NCBI GenBank assembly: GCA_045639585.1
Contig: JAZUDJ010000088.1
Span: 562 to 64,561 of the forward strand
Origin: Bacteroidales bacterium
GTDB taxonomy: Bacteria > Bacteroidota > Bacteroidia > Bacteroidales > UBA3663
Reading direction: 5' to 3'
Length of the DNA stretch: 64,000 bases
This document shows, piece by piece, positions 25,170-35,336 of the stretch. The notes under the pieces were generated by a model. It was not told where the DNA came from and ran no database searches. It was given only the letters and a program-made list of their open reading frames with translations. The first letter of the stretch is position 1, and every line of letters starts with the position of its first letter. Both the position numbers and the translations under genes were made by a program.

Positions 25170-26156
25170 CTATCTGCAAGGGCTTAATGAAGCAATCTTG
25201 ATTGCTATTTTCTGATAAAGATTAGGAAAAAAACTAATAATGATGAGACTCATTTTCTTAAAGAGAGGGAAAGATGAAATAAGCAGATCTCTCCTGTATG
25301 AACTAAGGTATGCTTTTGAGTGTTCCTTTGCATAACTATAAAGCTCTGTATTTCGAGACTCACACAAGATATTCAAAATTGTTTTAATGCACTTCTGTAA
25401 ACAGACATTACTCAGCTCAGATCGTTCTGGCTTCAAGATTTTATAACACCTATCATATACATCGATTTGATCTATATACTTTTTTGTAATACCTTGATGA
25501 ATAATCGATCCAGTACGTTGCACATAATAATAGAGTGGAGCATTCACCAGGATTGCCAGATTCATACGCAATGATACTTCTGTATTAAAAATCAAATCTT
25601 CAGAAATTGGACACTCTGCGAATTTAATGGGTTGGATAAAATTCCTTCGATACAACTTATTCCATGCTACAATATAAAAAACGCCATTATCCTTCCATGT
25701 TCCAAACATTCGACTGACCATCTGATCCTTTGAAATCTCTTGTTTAGAGACATCTGAATATTGGAAATGCTGTTGAGTCAAAGTATCCCCATCATGAAAA
25801 GTGGAAAACAAACAGAATGAGAAATTGGCACTAGGATTCTCGGCTAATGCACGATAAAGAAACTCGTACATCAGTGGATGAATGAAGTCATCACCATCAA
25901 CGAATGCAATGTATTCTCCTGTCGCTTGTTCCAGCCCAAAATTCCTTGCTGCAGACAATCCTCCATTCTGTGTATGAAAGGCCTTACATCGAGCATCTAC
26001 AAGGGCAAAATTATCACATATCTGACCACAATCATCAGTTGAGCCATCATCTACTAAGATAATCTCCAGATCCTTAAACGTTGAATCCAAAATACTTTGA
26101 ATACAATCATGCAGATAACTAGACACATTATAAACTGGTACAATGACGCTTATCAT
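25170..26156 (-). CDS. glycosyltransferase family 2
   Basis: MISVIVPVYNVSSYL, LVDDGSTDDC and FVDGDDF. Paralogue of 32480-33475. Confidence 0.85.
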   Translation of the reverse strand: MISVIVPVYNVSSYLHDCIQSILDSTFKDLEIILVDDGSTDDCGQICDNFALVDARCKAFHTQNGGLSAARNFGLEQATGEYIAFVDGDDFIHPLMYEFLYRALAENPSANFSFCLFSTFHDGDTLTQQHFQYSDVSKQEISKDQMVSRMFGTWKDNGVFYIVAWNKLYRRNFIQPIKFAECPISEDLIFNTEVSLRMNLAILVNAPLYYYVQRTGSIIHQGITKKYIDQIDVYDRCYKILKPERSELSNVCLQKCIKTILNILCESRNTELYSYAKEHSKAYLSSYRRDLLISSFPLFKKMSLIIISFFPNLYQKIAIKIASLSPCR

Positions 26157-26165
26157 ATATCAACA

Positions 26166-27182
26166 CTAATTTCTTGATAAGTGTGGTAAAATGAGCTTCA
26201 CAAAAATGTTCTTATAAAAGAATCCAGATATACGGAACAGATAAAAATTCTTTATAGAAAAGTTAATAAATTCCCCCCACAAGCCTAACCCTTTCGCTGG
26301 AATCAGTCCATTCTTGGCTAAAAAATGTCGGAGTTTCAGAAAATCATTTCTAGACAATTTAGCACAAAGGGCTCTACTAATAAATGGAAGCAGTAGTCCT
26401 TGGAGTCTGTTTTTCAACGTTTCGCTAAGATCCGTGTATTGGTGGGAGTATTCTATGTACTTATCAAACGACTGAAGGTAACCATTGACAGACTCGCGCA
26501 TGGACTTTTTTTCCCTAACTCGCGTCAGCTGTGTTTTAGACGTAGTATAGAAATACGCGCAAGTATCGACTTCTCGAACTTTTGGATTTTTCACATAAAC
26601 CTCCAGATTGAATAAATCATCCTCTCCAATAACAATAGACGCAAACTGAATGTTATTTCTTTCGAGAAGCTCTCGTCTATAGAATGTAGTCCATATAAAA
26701 GATGGGAGCCTATTCAATAAGATTGCATCCTGACCATATCCTTCAAAAAGAATGTTGCCAGACAATGGCATCTCTTGCCATTTTCTAAGCATTTTCTTAT
26801 CCAAAGTGACAGACCAAAATTTTAAGATATCTATCCCTTCTTCCCAAAAATGTGTAAAAAGATAATAATATGATCCTTTGGCTAAATAATCATCGGCATC
26901 ACAAAAGGCGATGATTGCACCTTGTGCTAATGCCAAACCTGCATTGCGAGCGGCAGAATGTCCTTGGTTCTCCTGATGATGAAGTTTTATGCGAGAAGGG
27001 AATCTAATCTGGTATTCTGAAAGAATTTGAGCAGAGCTATCTGTAGATCCATCATTTATACATATAATCTCGTATCTGGAATCTTCTTCAGGCCATTGGC
27101 ATAACAAAGAATCCAGACAACGCGAAATGAAATGTTCCGCGTTATAAACTGGAACAATGACAGATAGAATGATTTCTTGCAT
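26166..27182 (-). CDS. glycosyltransferase family 2
   Basis: LSVIVPVYNAEHFI, INDGSTDSS and FCDADDY. Paralogue of 10711-11721. Confidence 0.85.
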   Translation of the reverse strand: MQEIILSVIVPVYNAEHFISRCLDSLLCQWPEEDSRYEIICINDGSTDSSAQILSEYQIRFPSRIKLHHQENQGHSAARNAGLALAQGAIIAFCDADDYLAKGSYYYLFTHFWEEGIDILKFWSVTLDKKMLRKWQEMPLSGNILFEGYGQDAILLNRLPSFIWTTFYRRELLERNNIQFASIVIGEDDLFNLEVYVKNPKVREVDTCAYFYTTSKTQLTRVREKKSMRESVNGYLQSFDKYIEYSHQYTDLSETLKNRLQGLLLPFISRALCAKLSRNDFLKLRHFLAKNGLIPAKGLGLWGEFINFSIKNFYLFRISGFFYKNIFVKLILPHLSRN

Positions 27183-27195
27183 TATTACATGAAAC

Positions 27196-28347
27196 CTATA
27201 ATATCTTACTTACATCAATTCTTGAGATGTATTCTGGCATAAACGCCTGATAATACTCCCGTATAGTTTTCTCATTCTCCATCAGCCATTGGAACGCATT
27301 TGTCAGCTCGTCTGGTTGCGTCATTGACTGCACCGGCAAGACATAATTCTCTTCTGTACCAAAGATGTCTCGGGCAATTCCCCTTGCTTTGACACTATAA
27401 CCCACTACTAAAGTCGGTACCTGCGTGGAATATGCGGCAATCGAAGCATGTGTACGAGCAGCGACCAAGAAGCGACACTTTGAGATAATGTATTTCAATT
27501 CCTCTGCATTCAGTTTTGCCTCAGCATCGATCATAATGACACGACCTGTATCCTTGAACTGCTCATGCAATGCAAGCAAAGGCTTACGGTCATCATTATG
27601 GCTCCACACGACATGCGGGATCAATGCTATCTGCATGTCGGTATGCTTAATAATATATTGGATGAGATTTATGTAATTCTCAAGTGTCATACCTGCAGCC
27701 TTCTCATAGCCGATAATCATCGGGCTCACGTTGATGCCGACAGTGTTACCCTCGGCGAAGCCAGAAGGTAAGAGGACATCCCTTCGAGAAAGTGTAAATG
27801 CCGGATCGGGCATCAAGACAACGTTATTAGCCCCCAACGCGATCAAAGATTTATAGGTCAATGACTCTCTTGTCCAAATGACTTTGTATTTCTTAAGATC
27901 CTGGAGTATAGTATCACTCAATCTGGATGCATCGACAGAACATCCAACCAAAATCGTATCAATCTTTTTTTTTGCGAATATCTGCCGCATAGCAGTCATC
28001 TCTGTCATCATCCCGGAATAACAATAGTTATCTCCTCCAATTGACAGGGCGACATCTCCTATCTGCGCTGTATCTGAAATCCGACTATATAATTTTTTAT
28101 AATAGAATAAATCTTTGTCTTTATGAAATTTACAGCAGATCTGATATAACAATCCAGTATTGACTGCTGTTTGAGATTTCTTAATAGTCAATAAATTATC
28201 TATACCATAGAGTATATCCTCCTCTGGATGATTGGAAATCAATAAATTATTCGTATTATCGCCAATCAGCGCAGATAAACTTCTGACAATAGCTTCACAC
28301 CCGTGGTTCTTGCTACCACCATGAGCGTACAAAATCTTTCTTACCAT
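27196..28347 (-). CDS. polysaccharide pyruvyl transferase family protein
   Basis: The N-terminal AHGGSKNHGCEAIVRS pattern and ~380 aa size are typical of the WcaK/CsaB-like PS_pyruv_trans family. Recognised by resemblance only. Confidence 0.7.
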   Translation of the reverse strand: MVRKILYAHGGSKNHGCEAIVRSLSALIGDNTNNLLISNHPEEDILYGIDNLLTIKKSQTAVNTGLLYQICCKFHKDKDLFYYKKLYSRISDTAQIGDVALSIGGDNYCYSGMMTEMTAMRQIFAKKKIDTILVGCSVDASRLSDTILQDLKKYKVIWTRESLTYKSLIALGANNVVLMPDPAFTLSRRDVLLPSGFAEGNTVGINVSPMIIGYEKAAGMTLENYINLIQYIIKHTDMQIALIPHVVWSHNDDRKPLLALHEQFKDTGRVIMIDAEAKLNAEELKYIISKCRFLVAARTHASIAAYSTQVPTLVVGYSVKARGIARDIFGTEENYVLPVQSMTQPDELTNAFQWLMENEKTIREYYQAFMPEYISRIDVSKIL

Positions 28348-29381
28348 TATTGCAATGGATTTTTATCACTTTTATACCATGAGATAAACTGACGGATGCC
28401 ATCATGTAGCGTCCAATGTGGGTGATACCCGATCTCGGTTTCCAATCTTGTCGTATCTGCATTGGTCTGATAGACATCCCCAGGCTGCATCGGCATATAT
28501 ACCTTCTCAGCCTCTTTGCCCATTGCCGCTTCAATCTCACTAATAAAGTCCATCAATTTCACAGGATGACTACAACCAATATTGTAAATACGATAAGCTA
28601 CATGATTCGGGCAATCCTCTGCTTTTGGCATAGAATCGACGACTTTAATCGTACCTTCTACAATATCATCGATGTAAGTAAAGTCTCGAATCATATCGCC
28701 ATGATTAAATACCTTTATAGGCTTATTATCTCGTATTGCATTGGCAAAAAGGAATGGAGACATATCTGGTCTTCCCCAAGGGCCATAGACCGTAAAGAAT
28801 CGCAAACCGGTAACAGCTATGCCATAAAGCTTGCTATAGCAATGAGCCATCAGTTCATTGCTTTTCTTGCTTGCTGCATAAAGACTCACGGGAGTGTCGA
28901 CCTTATCATCCTCACAATATGGCACTTTTTCATTTAGTCCATAAACAGAAGAGGATGAAGCAAAAATCAGATGCTTCACGCCACGATGTCGACAAGCTTC
29001 AAGTATATTCAAAAAACCGACAAGGTTGCTCTGCATGTAACTATATGGATTTGTGATGCTATAACGGACACCTGCCTGTGCTGCCAAATTAACAACCTTA
29101 TCAAATTTCTCATTTTCAAAAAGATAATCAAGCAATTCTTTCTCTTCTATGCTCATGCGGACAAAACGCAAATTAGGGAAGGACTTGCTAATATAGTTTT
29201 TGCAAGAAATAAACTCTCCATCAGTAGTTATTCCATTTTCTGCTAAACGTCCATATTTGAGACGTACATCATAATAATCATTCAGATTGTCTACACCAAC
29301 GACGTCATCTCCCCGTTCTGCCAGACAACGAGAAAGTTTAGATCCAATAAAGCCTGCTGCTCCTGTTACTAATATTTTCAT
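28347..29381 (-). CDS. NAD-dependent epimerase/dehydratase (UDP-glucuronate 4-epimerase-like)
   Basis: MKILVTGAAGFIGSKL Rossmann motif and YAASKKSNE (YxxxK). Length 344 aa. Confidence 0.85.
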   Translation of the reverse strand: MKILVTGAAGFIGSKLSRCLAERGDDVVGVDNLNDYYDVRLKYGRLAENGITTDGEFISCKNYISKSFPNLRFVRMSIEEKELLDYLFENEKFDKVVNLAAQAGVRYSITNPYSYMQSNLVGFLNILEACRHRGVKHLIFASSSSVYGLNEKVPYCEDDKVDTPVSLYAASKKSNELMAHCYSKLYGIAVTGLRFFTVYGPWGRPDMSPFLFANAIRDNKPIKVFNHGDMIRDFTYIDDIVEGTIKVVDSMPKAEDCPNHVAYRIYNIGCSHPVKLMDFISEIEAAMGKEAEKVYMPMQPGDVYQTNADTTRLETEIGYHPHWTLHDGIRQFISWYKSDKNPLQ

Positions 29382-29388
29382 TATAAAT

Positions 29389-30477
29389 TTATTTTTGAGT
29401 AAGCAATTTCAAAATTGTACGTACATACCATCTTAACCGATCTATAGCGACATTCATATAGTGATAAATCATAAAAAGAATATATGATTCTTCCTCAATT
29501 GCTTTCCAATTAGTGAGTTCATAACGTCCTGTGGGGACAAGATCATGACTACGCATATAATCCATACAAGAGCGAGTATCTGATTCCTGCATGATCTGTA
29601 GTATCTTTGCTTTCCTTTCTGATTTATTTAATCCTGAATTCGGATGGAAAGTATTAAAATTCAATACAGTCAGAATATTTGAATAAAAACGCTTATAGAC
29701 ATAACTCAGCATACGATCGTCTTCAAGCCCCCAATATGAATATAAAGACAGAAATTCGTCTTTGATAGTGCTATATAATTCATAACGGTTAGGAATATAT
29801 TTCGATCGGTTATTGCCTGTATTATATGTATAATAATGATAGAGCACATCTGGGATCAACTCGACTCGCTCGGCATGACGATATGCCTTCAAATTGAACA
29901 GTTCATCCTGCTGGATGCGGAAAGCATCTCCAAACCGGATATTGTTCTGCTCAATGAAACTACGCTTGTATATCTTATTCCACATGAATCCATTCTGATA
30001 CTGAAGTCCAAGAAGGTAATCGACATAATTATCGGCAATCTTACGGTTTGAAGACATTGACTTGCGCTCATATTCAACTTTGGTCAAAGAATTATACTTC
30101 ACATCATAATCATCATAGCCAAAAATAGTAATATCATTATCATTGATTGTGGCATTATGCATTGCAGTTTCAAGAAGCGTCGTTTCACACTCATCATCCA
30201 CATCATAGAACCAAAGATAATCTCCTGTGGCAACTGCTAAGCCAGCATTCCTTGCACTACCTAACCCACCATTCTCTTTGTTAATAATAATAATTCTCTG
30301 GTCTTTGACCCTTAACTCTTCACAGAGAGCAGGAGTTTCATCCGTAGAGCCATCATTGACCAAAATAATCTCCAAATTTCGATAAGACTGGTTAAGAATG
30401 CACGAAAGGTGCTTGTCTCGCAAGTATTTGGCTACATTGTAGAGTCCGATAATAATACTAACCTTCCACTTCTCCAT
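29389..30477 (-). CDS. glycosyltransferase family 2
   Basis: VSIIIGLYNVAKYL, VNDGSTDET and FYDVDDE. Confidence 0.85.
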   Translation of the reverse strand: MEKWKVSIIIGLYNVAKYLRDKHLSCILNQSYRNLEIILVNDGSTDETPALCEELRVKDQRIIIINKENGGLGSARNAGLAVATGDYLWFYDVDDECETTLLETAMHNATINDNDITIFGYDDYDVKYNSLTKVEYERKSMSSNRKIADNYVDYLLGLQYQNGFMWNKIYKRSFIEQNNIRFGDAFRIQQDELFNLKAYRHAERVELIPDVLYHYYTYNTGNNRSKYIPNRYELYSTIKDEFLSLYSYWGLEDDRMLSYVYKRFYSNILTVLNFNTFHPNSGLNKSERKAKILQIMQESDTRSCMDYMRSHDLVPTGRYELTNWKAIEEESYILFMIYHYMNVAIDRLRWYVRTILKLLTQK

Positions 30478-30480
30478 ATC

Positions 30481-31476
30481 TTACGACTGATATTTCTTTC
30501 CAAAAAGATAGTTAAACCTACGATTACCCCAATATATTATAGGGAGTTCAAATAATAAAACAATCAATGTTAACATTATTGCGCCACCAAATCCCATCAT
30601 TTTAATTCTGTCATCAAACAACTTATAATCAATTAGACGAATTATCTCAATAAGAATATTATGAGTACAGAGTACGATAATAGAGTTCATCCCCCAGAAT
30701 GAAATCTTTTGTAATATATTATGCCACCTATCGCTATTTGAAAGAGATTTCAGTACGGACAAAAAACCGACATTAATCAAAGCAAAACTGATTGTATAAA
30801 AAGCGACATTATTTAATTGGAGCGTACACATATCCACTTGATTATTAAGAAGACCAAGTATCGATCCGATTATTATCAACAATATCCCATATAAAATTTT
30901 TAAATCACAAAGGCGATATTTTCCAATTATGAGACCGACATAAGCTATCATGAAGCCCAAAAGCCCCCTTGCAAATACATTGAATCCATAGGCTTTCATT
31001 TCCTCGTAAGAGAATAATGAATAGATAGCAGCAAACACTCCTAAACCTAGTATTACCAGCAAGTGTTTTGTTTTTATGCTGAGCAATAATAAAAGTTCAG
31101 AAATAAAGAAACATGGCAAGAACCATAGTGCTCCAATTCCTCGCAATAGCAATGATTGCTTCAAAAGATCTTGCCAATCACAAGTCTCATTGGCAGCAAA
31201 AGCGAGAAGAAAATAAAACAAAATTTTGATTAAACAAAAGGAAAGATACGGTACTCCTAACTGAAAAAGTCGTTTCTTAAACACTACTATTAACGATACA
31301 TCCTCCACATTGCCTTTTACTGACCATAGAACACCACAAACAATAAAAAACAAAGGCATGTGAAAGGCATAAATCCAATGGGTCAATAAATTCTGGGAAA
31401 GATCCAGATGACCAAATACCATTAGAATAATACCAATGCCCTTTAAGCAATCAAGGTAAAGCAATCGCTCTTTCAT
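30481..31476 (-). CDS. acyltransferase family 3 (membrane O-acyltransferase)
   Basis: ERLLYLDCLKGIGIILMVFGH N-terminus, and about 10 hydrophobic helices. Confidence 0.85.
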   Translation of the reverse strand: MKERLLYLDCLKGIGIILMVFGHLDLSQNLLTHWIYAFHMPLFFIVCGVLWSVKGNVEDVSLIVVFKKRLFQLGVPYLSFCLIKILFYFLLAFAANETCDWQDLLKQSLLLRGIGALWFLPCFFISELLLLLSIKTKHLLVILGLGVFAAIYSLFSYEEMKAYGFNVFARGLLGFMIAYVGLIIGKYRLCDLKILYGILLIIIGSILGLLNNQVDMCTLQLNNVAFYTISFALINVGFLSVLKSLSNSDRWHNILQKISFWGMNSIIVLCTHNILIEIIRLIDYKLFDDRIKMMGFGGAIMLTLIVLLFELPIIYWGNRRFNYLFGKKYQS

Positions 31477-32483
31477 CAGTGTTGTCTAAACGATAAATAC
31501 AGTCGCCAAAAGGTAAGATATGCTTTAGTGAGATACTTATTTTTTGATACGACTAAAAACTTGAGTACTCTATACGGAGTTTTTATTCTAGAAAGAGCTC
31601 CAGTCGCTTCTGTGCTTGAAGACAAGAAATCAAACAATTCTTCAATCTTGGCAGTACTTACTGGATTCATTTCCAAAAAACCTGAAATAAGCAGATTCGC
31701 GCAAGTATTCTCTAATCTTTCAATACTAGACAATGGCACTCCATTATCTTTGGCGATACTCTGGCACTTACTAGCAATGCCATATAATTGGATATAATTT
31801 ACATTTCCTGATTTACGCTGGCATTGTGGAGCAACGTCTATGATATAATGGTAGCCACAAGCACCGAAACAAAAAAAAGATTCAGCATGACGATAACATT
31901 CGAGGAAAAAGTCATAGTCTTCCTGAAGTTTTAACTGAGGATTAAACTTAATTCCATTTTTTATGATCAAATCCCTACGGATTGCTTTATTGCAGATATA
32001 TCCATAAAGACCTTCGTTGCTGCCATATTGTTCTTCAACCATATTACTCATGAAATCTTGCCGACAATAAACTCCATCCATAACTGGTATTTGAACTTTT
32101 GATCTATCTGAATAATCTTTTGTGAGTCCCCAAATGTAGATATCAGCAGACTTCTGGAAAATCGCATTATTAATCTTCTCTAAATAATCAGCCTCAATCC
32201 AATCATCTGCATCAATGAACAAAACAAATTCCCCTTGCGCTAACTCAATTCCTCGGTTACGAGCAATAGAAACTCCGGCATTATCAAATCGCTTATATAC
32301 GATTCTAGAATCATGTGCCGCCAGTTCCTCTACAATAATTGAAGATCCATCAGTTGATCCATCGTCGATAACAATAATCTCAAAATCCTTGAAAGTCTGA
32401 GAAATTATTGATCGAAGACCCCGATCTATATAATCTTTTTTGTTATATAGTGGAATAATAATACTAAATAAGCAAGAGGTCAT
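31476..32483 (-). CDS. glycosyltransferase family 2
   Basis: FSIIIPLYNKKDYI, IDDGSTDGS and FIDADDW. Confidence 0.85.
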   Translation of the reverse strand: MTSCLFSIIIPLYNKKDYIDRGLRSIISQTFKDFEIIVIDDGSTDGSSIIVEELAAHDSRIVYKRFDNAGVSIARNRGIELAQGEFVLFIDADDWIEADYLEKINNAIFQKSADIYIWGLTKDYSDRSKVQIPVMDGVYCRQDFMSNMVEEQYGSNEGLYGYICNKAIRRDLIIKNGIKFNPQLKLQEDYDFFLECYRHAESFFCFGACGYHYIIDVAPQCQRKSGNVNYIQLYGIASKCQSIAKDNGVPLSSIERLENTCANLLISGFLEMNPVSTAKIEELFDFLSSSTEATGALSRIKTPYRVLKFLVVSKNKYLTKAYLTFWRLYLSFRQH

Positions 32484-33475
32484 TTCTTAAGCATAGCATA
32501 TAATGTATTACAGCCCTTATATGTTTTTTCTCCAATCGAAGCTGATAGCATCAAAAATTTCAAACCGTAAGGAAGTGCTTTTGATGATAAAATTCGAGCC
32601 CTATGCTGTCGCAGGAAAGAGAGTTCATGCTTGTAAGCTGTGAAAAAAGATTGAGACTGTTCTTTCTGATATCTAGTAGTAAACGCACTTATATTTCCCA
32701 TTAAAATATTGAAAGCATAACTTGCACTATCAGGGTATTTTTCATCAATAAACGAAGAAACCAAATGAGCATTTACCACAGCATCATGAAGATTCTTGAG
32801 TTTTGGAGCAGTAGAAATACTTCCTTCTCTTTTACAATAGTTATATAATTTATTATAATTTACTGCTATCGTATCGCTCTTATCATATACCATCAGCATA
32901 ATGGCAAAATCTTCATTTGTTCTTCCTTCTGGGAAATGAACGACATCCTTTAATGTACGATGATATAATTTAGTACAGGCGCTGAACCAGATAACATCCT
33001 TCAAACATATATTAATTAATTCTTTCTTTGTAAATAATTCAGTTCTTTCACAGGGCTGATTATAAGATATTTTACCATAATAGCACATATTGGGCTGACA
33101 GAATGCCAAATTGGTCCCGTATGTTTTTATATCATTGTACAAAAGCTCATACATTTGCGGATGAATGCAATCATCACTATCCACAAAGCCGAAGTATTCT
33201 CCTCTGGCAATGGATAATCCTGCATTACGCGCAGAAGATAAACCACCATTTTCTTTGTGAATTACTTTAATTCGAGCATCTACTGTGGCAAGGTTATCAC
33301 AAATCTGACCACAATTATCTGGAGATCCGTCATCAACAAGAATAATCTCAATATTCTTATATGTCTGATTCTGGATACTCTTAACGCAATTCTCCAGGTA
33401 TTGTTCGACTTTAAATATAGGTACAATAATTGATATAAGAGGTTTGTTAACGATTTCCATACAAAAATTATCCAC
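32480..33475 (-). CDS. glycosyltransferase family 2
   Basis: ISIIVPIFKVEQYL, VDDGSPDNC and FVDSDDC. Confidence 0.85.
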   Translation of the reverse strand: MDNFCMEIVNKPLISIIVPIFKVEQYLENCVKSIQNQTYKNIEIILVDDGSPDNCGQICDNLATVDARIKVIHKENGGLSSARNAGLSIARGEYFGFVDSDDCIHPQMYELLYNDIKTYGTNLAFCQPNMCYYGKISYNQPCERTELFTKKELINICLKDVIWFSACTKLYHRTLKDVVHFPEGRTNEDFAIMLMVYDKSDTIAVNYNKLYNYCKREGSISTAPKLKNLHDAVVNAHLVSSFIDEKYPDSASYAFNILMGNISAFTTRYQKEQSQSFFTAYKHELSFLRQHRARILSSKALPYGLKFLMLSASIGEKTYKGCNTLYAMLKK

Positions 33476-34256
33476 GAATCTTCTTGATTAACTTAAATAA
33501 CCTATAAACGACATTGATTGGCCAAACTCTTTGAACAAATAAGAACTCATCCTCAATGGAAAGAAGGCGATCTATATCTTTTGATACTTGATCTGAGTAT
33601 AGTTCTTTTTTGATTGCCGAGAATTGTCTTCGCCTCTCTTCTATTGTTTTAGGCGAAGAGCCAATTCCTTCAGTATCAAAGAATACTATTGGGAGAGGAA
33701 GATATTCAAATTTACACTCTTTTTTATACAACTCTAAATAAAATGCTCTATCTGCAGAAATAGTATACTTCTCCCGATAAGGATTATCTTTGATGCACCG
33801 AGTACGGAAAAATGACGCCTGATGACCCAGTGGAGCCTTAAATAAATAAGAAAGATTCATTACCTCAGGATATGTCCTTTTCTCTATGACAATACCATCT
33901 TTCACACACCACTGTTGGCCATAATAAACATCCGAATCGGATAGCAATGGGATAACAGAAGACAATACATGATTATCAATAAAAGAATCTCCCGAATTAA
34001 GGAACTGACAGAATTCTCCAGTTACGTTCTGAATTCCTTTATTCATAGCATTGTAAATGCCATTATCTTTTTCTGAGACCCAATAACTAATCCTATGCTC
34101 GTTTTCTTTTATTAATTCAATGGATCCATCTGTACTACCGCCATCAATAATTACCCATTCGAAATCTTGATAGTCTTGTTCAGTTACGCTCTTAATCGTT
34201 TTACGAAGACCATCAGCATTGTTGTAATTAATGGTTATAATCGATAATTTTTTCAT
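33468..34256 (-). CDS. glycosyltransferase family 2
   Basis: LSIITINYNNADGL and IDGGSTDGS. Confidence 0.8.
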   Translation of the reverse strand: MKKLSIITINYNNADGLRKTIKSVTEQDYQDFEWVIIDGGSTDGSIELIKENEHRISYWVSEKDNGIYNAMNKGIQNVTGEFCQFLNSGDSFIDNHVLSSVIPLLSDSDVYYGQQWCVKDGIVIEKRTYPEVMNLSYLFKAPLGHQASFFRTRCIKDNPYREKYTISADRAFYLELYKKECKFEYLPLPIVFFDTEGIGSSPKTIEERRRQFSAIKKELYSDQVSKDIDRLLSIEDEFLFVQRVWPINVVYRLFKLIKKIRG

Positions 34257-34262
34257 AAACTT

Positions 34263-35153
34263 TTATTTCAAAACTTTATGTTTTATGGTAGACAATAATC
34301 GTTTCCTATTATGATAGTAGATTTTGAGAACACTATTGACAGACCTTCCATTTCCTTTAGTTATCTCCATCATAGAAGCCCTATTTCCTTGCATCAAACC
34401 AATGCTTGTCTTGCTTTCATCAAAAGCGCTAAAATATAGTTTATATCCAGAACAATCCTTAATTAATGAGCTTCTATATAATCCATCAGAATAGAATGAC
34501 CCATAAACCAAAGAAGGGCTTAATATCTCCTTAATATACTCAAAAGAAATACCATCTTTACTTCCCCAAAGAGTAAGATTCCAAAGATCATATATAGTCA
34601 AATAATAAATATCATCTATTTTTGAAACGTCAATATGCCATGGTTTAATCTCTTTTCCTGACAAAACACAGGTTTTTCGGTTTTGCCATGTGCGTCCATC
34701 TGGACTCTCTGAATAGCATATATTGCGAAGACCGACATTCCTTTTATTGTCAACATACCACATTCTATATTTACCACTATTATATAAGACCGCCTGGCTA
34801 CGAACCATATCGCCCAATGTGGAGGCTATAAACGGATCTTCAGGATTAGCCAATATTTCTCTTTCGCTCCAACTGATACCATCTAAAGTTTTCTTGCGAA
34901 TTAATATTGTATTAGCATCATCCTGTGTCTTCTTTGTAATTCTATACCAACACTCTAGCTGTCCATCCTTAACAACCAAATGAGGATCAGAGAAGAAATT
35001 CTTGGCTTTTATATCTTCTGTAGATAAATCGTCAATAGGATTAACTAAACCCGATGGTGATTCCCATTTGATGCCATCATTTGAAGCATAAATACAAGGA
35101 CATTCCCATCGGTCTTTATATTCGACATGCATGGGATATGGAGTCACAACCAT
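34263..35153 (-). CDS. beta-propeller (GH43/GH32/GH130-like fold) protein, apparently 5'-truncated
   Basis: Repeated S-x-DG-x-x-W blades (SNDGIKW, TLDGISW, SPDGRTW, SKDGISF). The in-frame sequence upstream of the ATG still reads NGWNGYKYW before a TAG that abuts a T9 tract. No signal peptide or earlier start found. Confidence 0.5.
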   Translation of the reverse strand: MVVTPYPMHVEYKDRWECPCIYASNDGIKWESPSGLVNPIDDLSTEDIKAKNFFSDPHLVVKDGQLECWYRITKKTQDDANTILIRKKTLDGISWSEREILANPEDPFIASTLGDMVRSQAVLYNSGKYRMWYVDNKRNVGLRNICYSESPDGRTWQNRKTCVLSGKEIKPWHIDVSKIDDIYYLTIYDLWNLTLWGSKDGISFEYIKEILSPSLVYGSFYSDGLYRSSLIKDCSGYKLYFSAFDESKTSIGLMQGNRASMMEITKGNGRSVNSVLKIYYHNRKRLLSTIKHKVLK

Positions 35154-35336
35154 CCAATATTTATATCCATTCCAACCATTCTAAAAAAAAAGAACTGACG
35201 GATGATATGGCTGATTGCTCCTTCAGAGGTTTTAATATCTAATGGAGATTGAGCATATATATAGAATAGCAGATGAAATCTAGAATGGCAAGAACTATAA
35301 TAAAGAAAGAAACATATATTACAAACATAGCATCAA

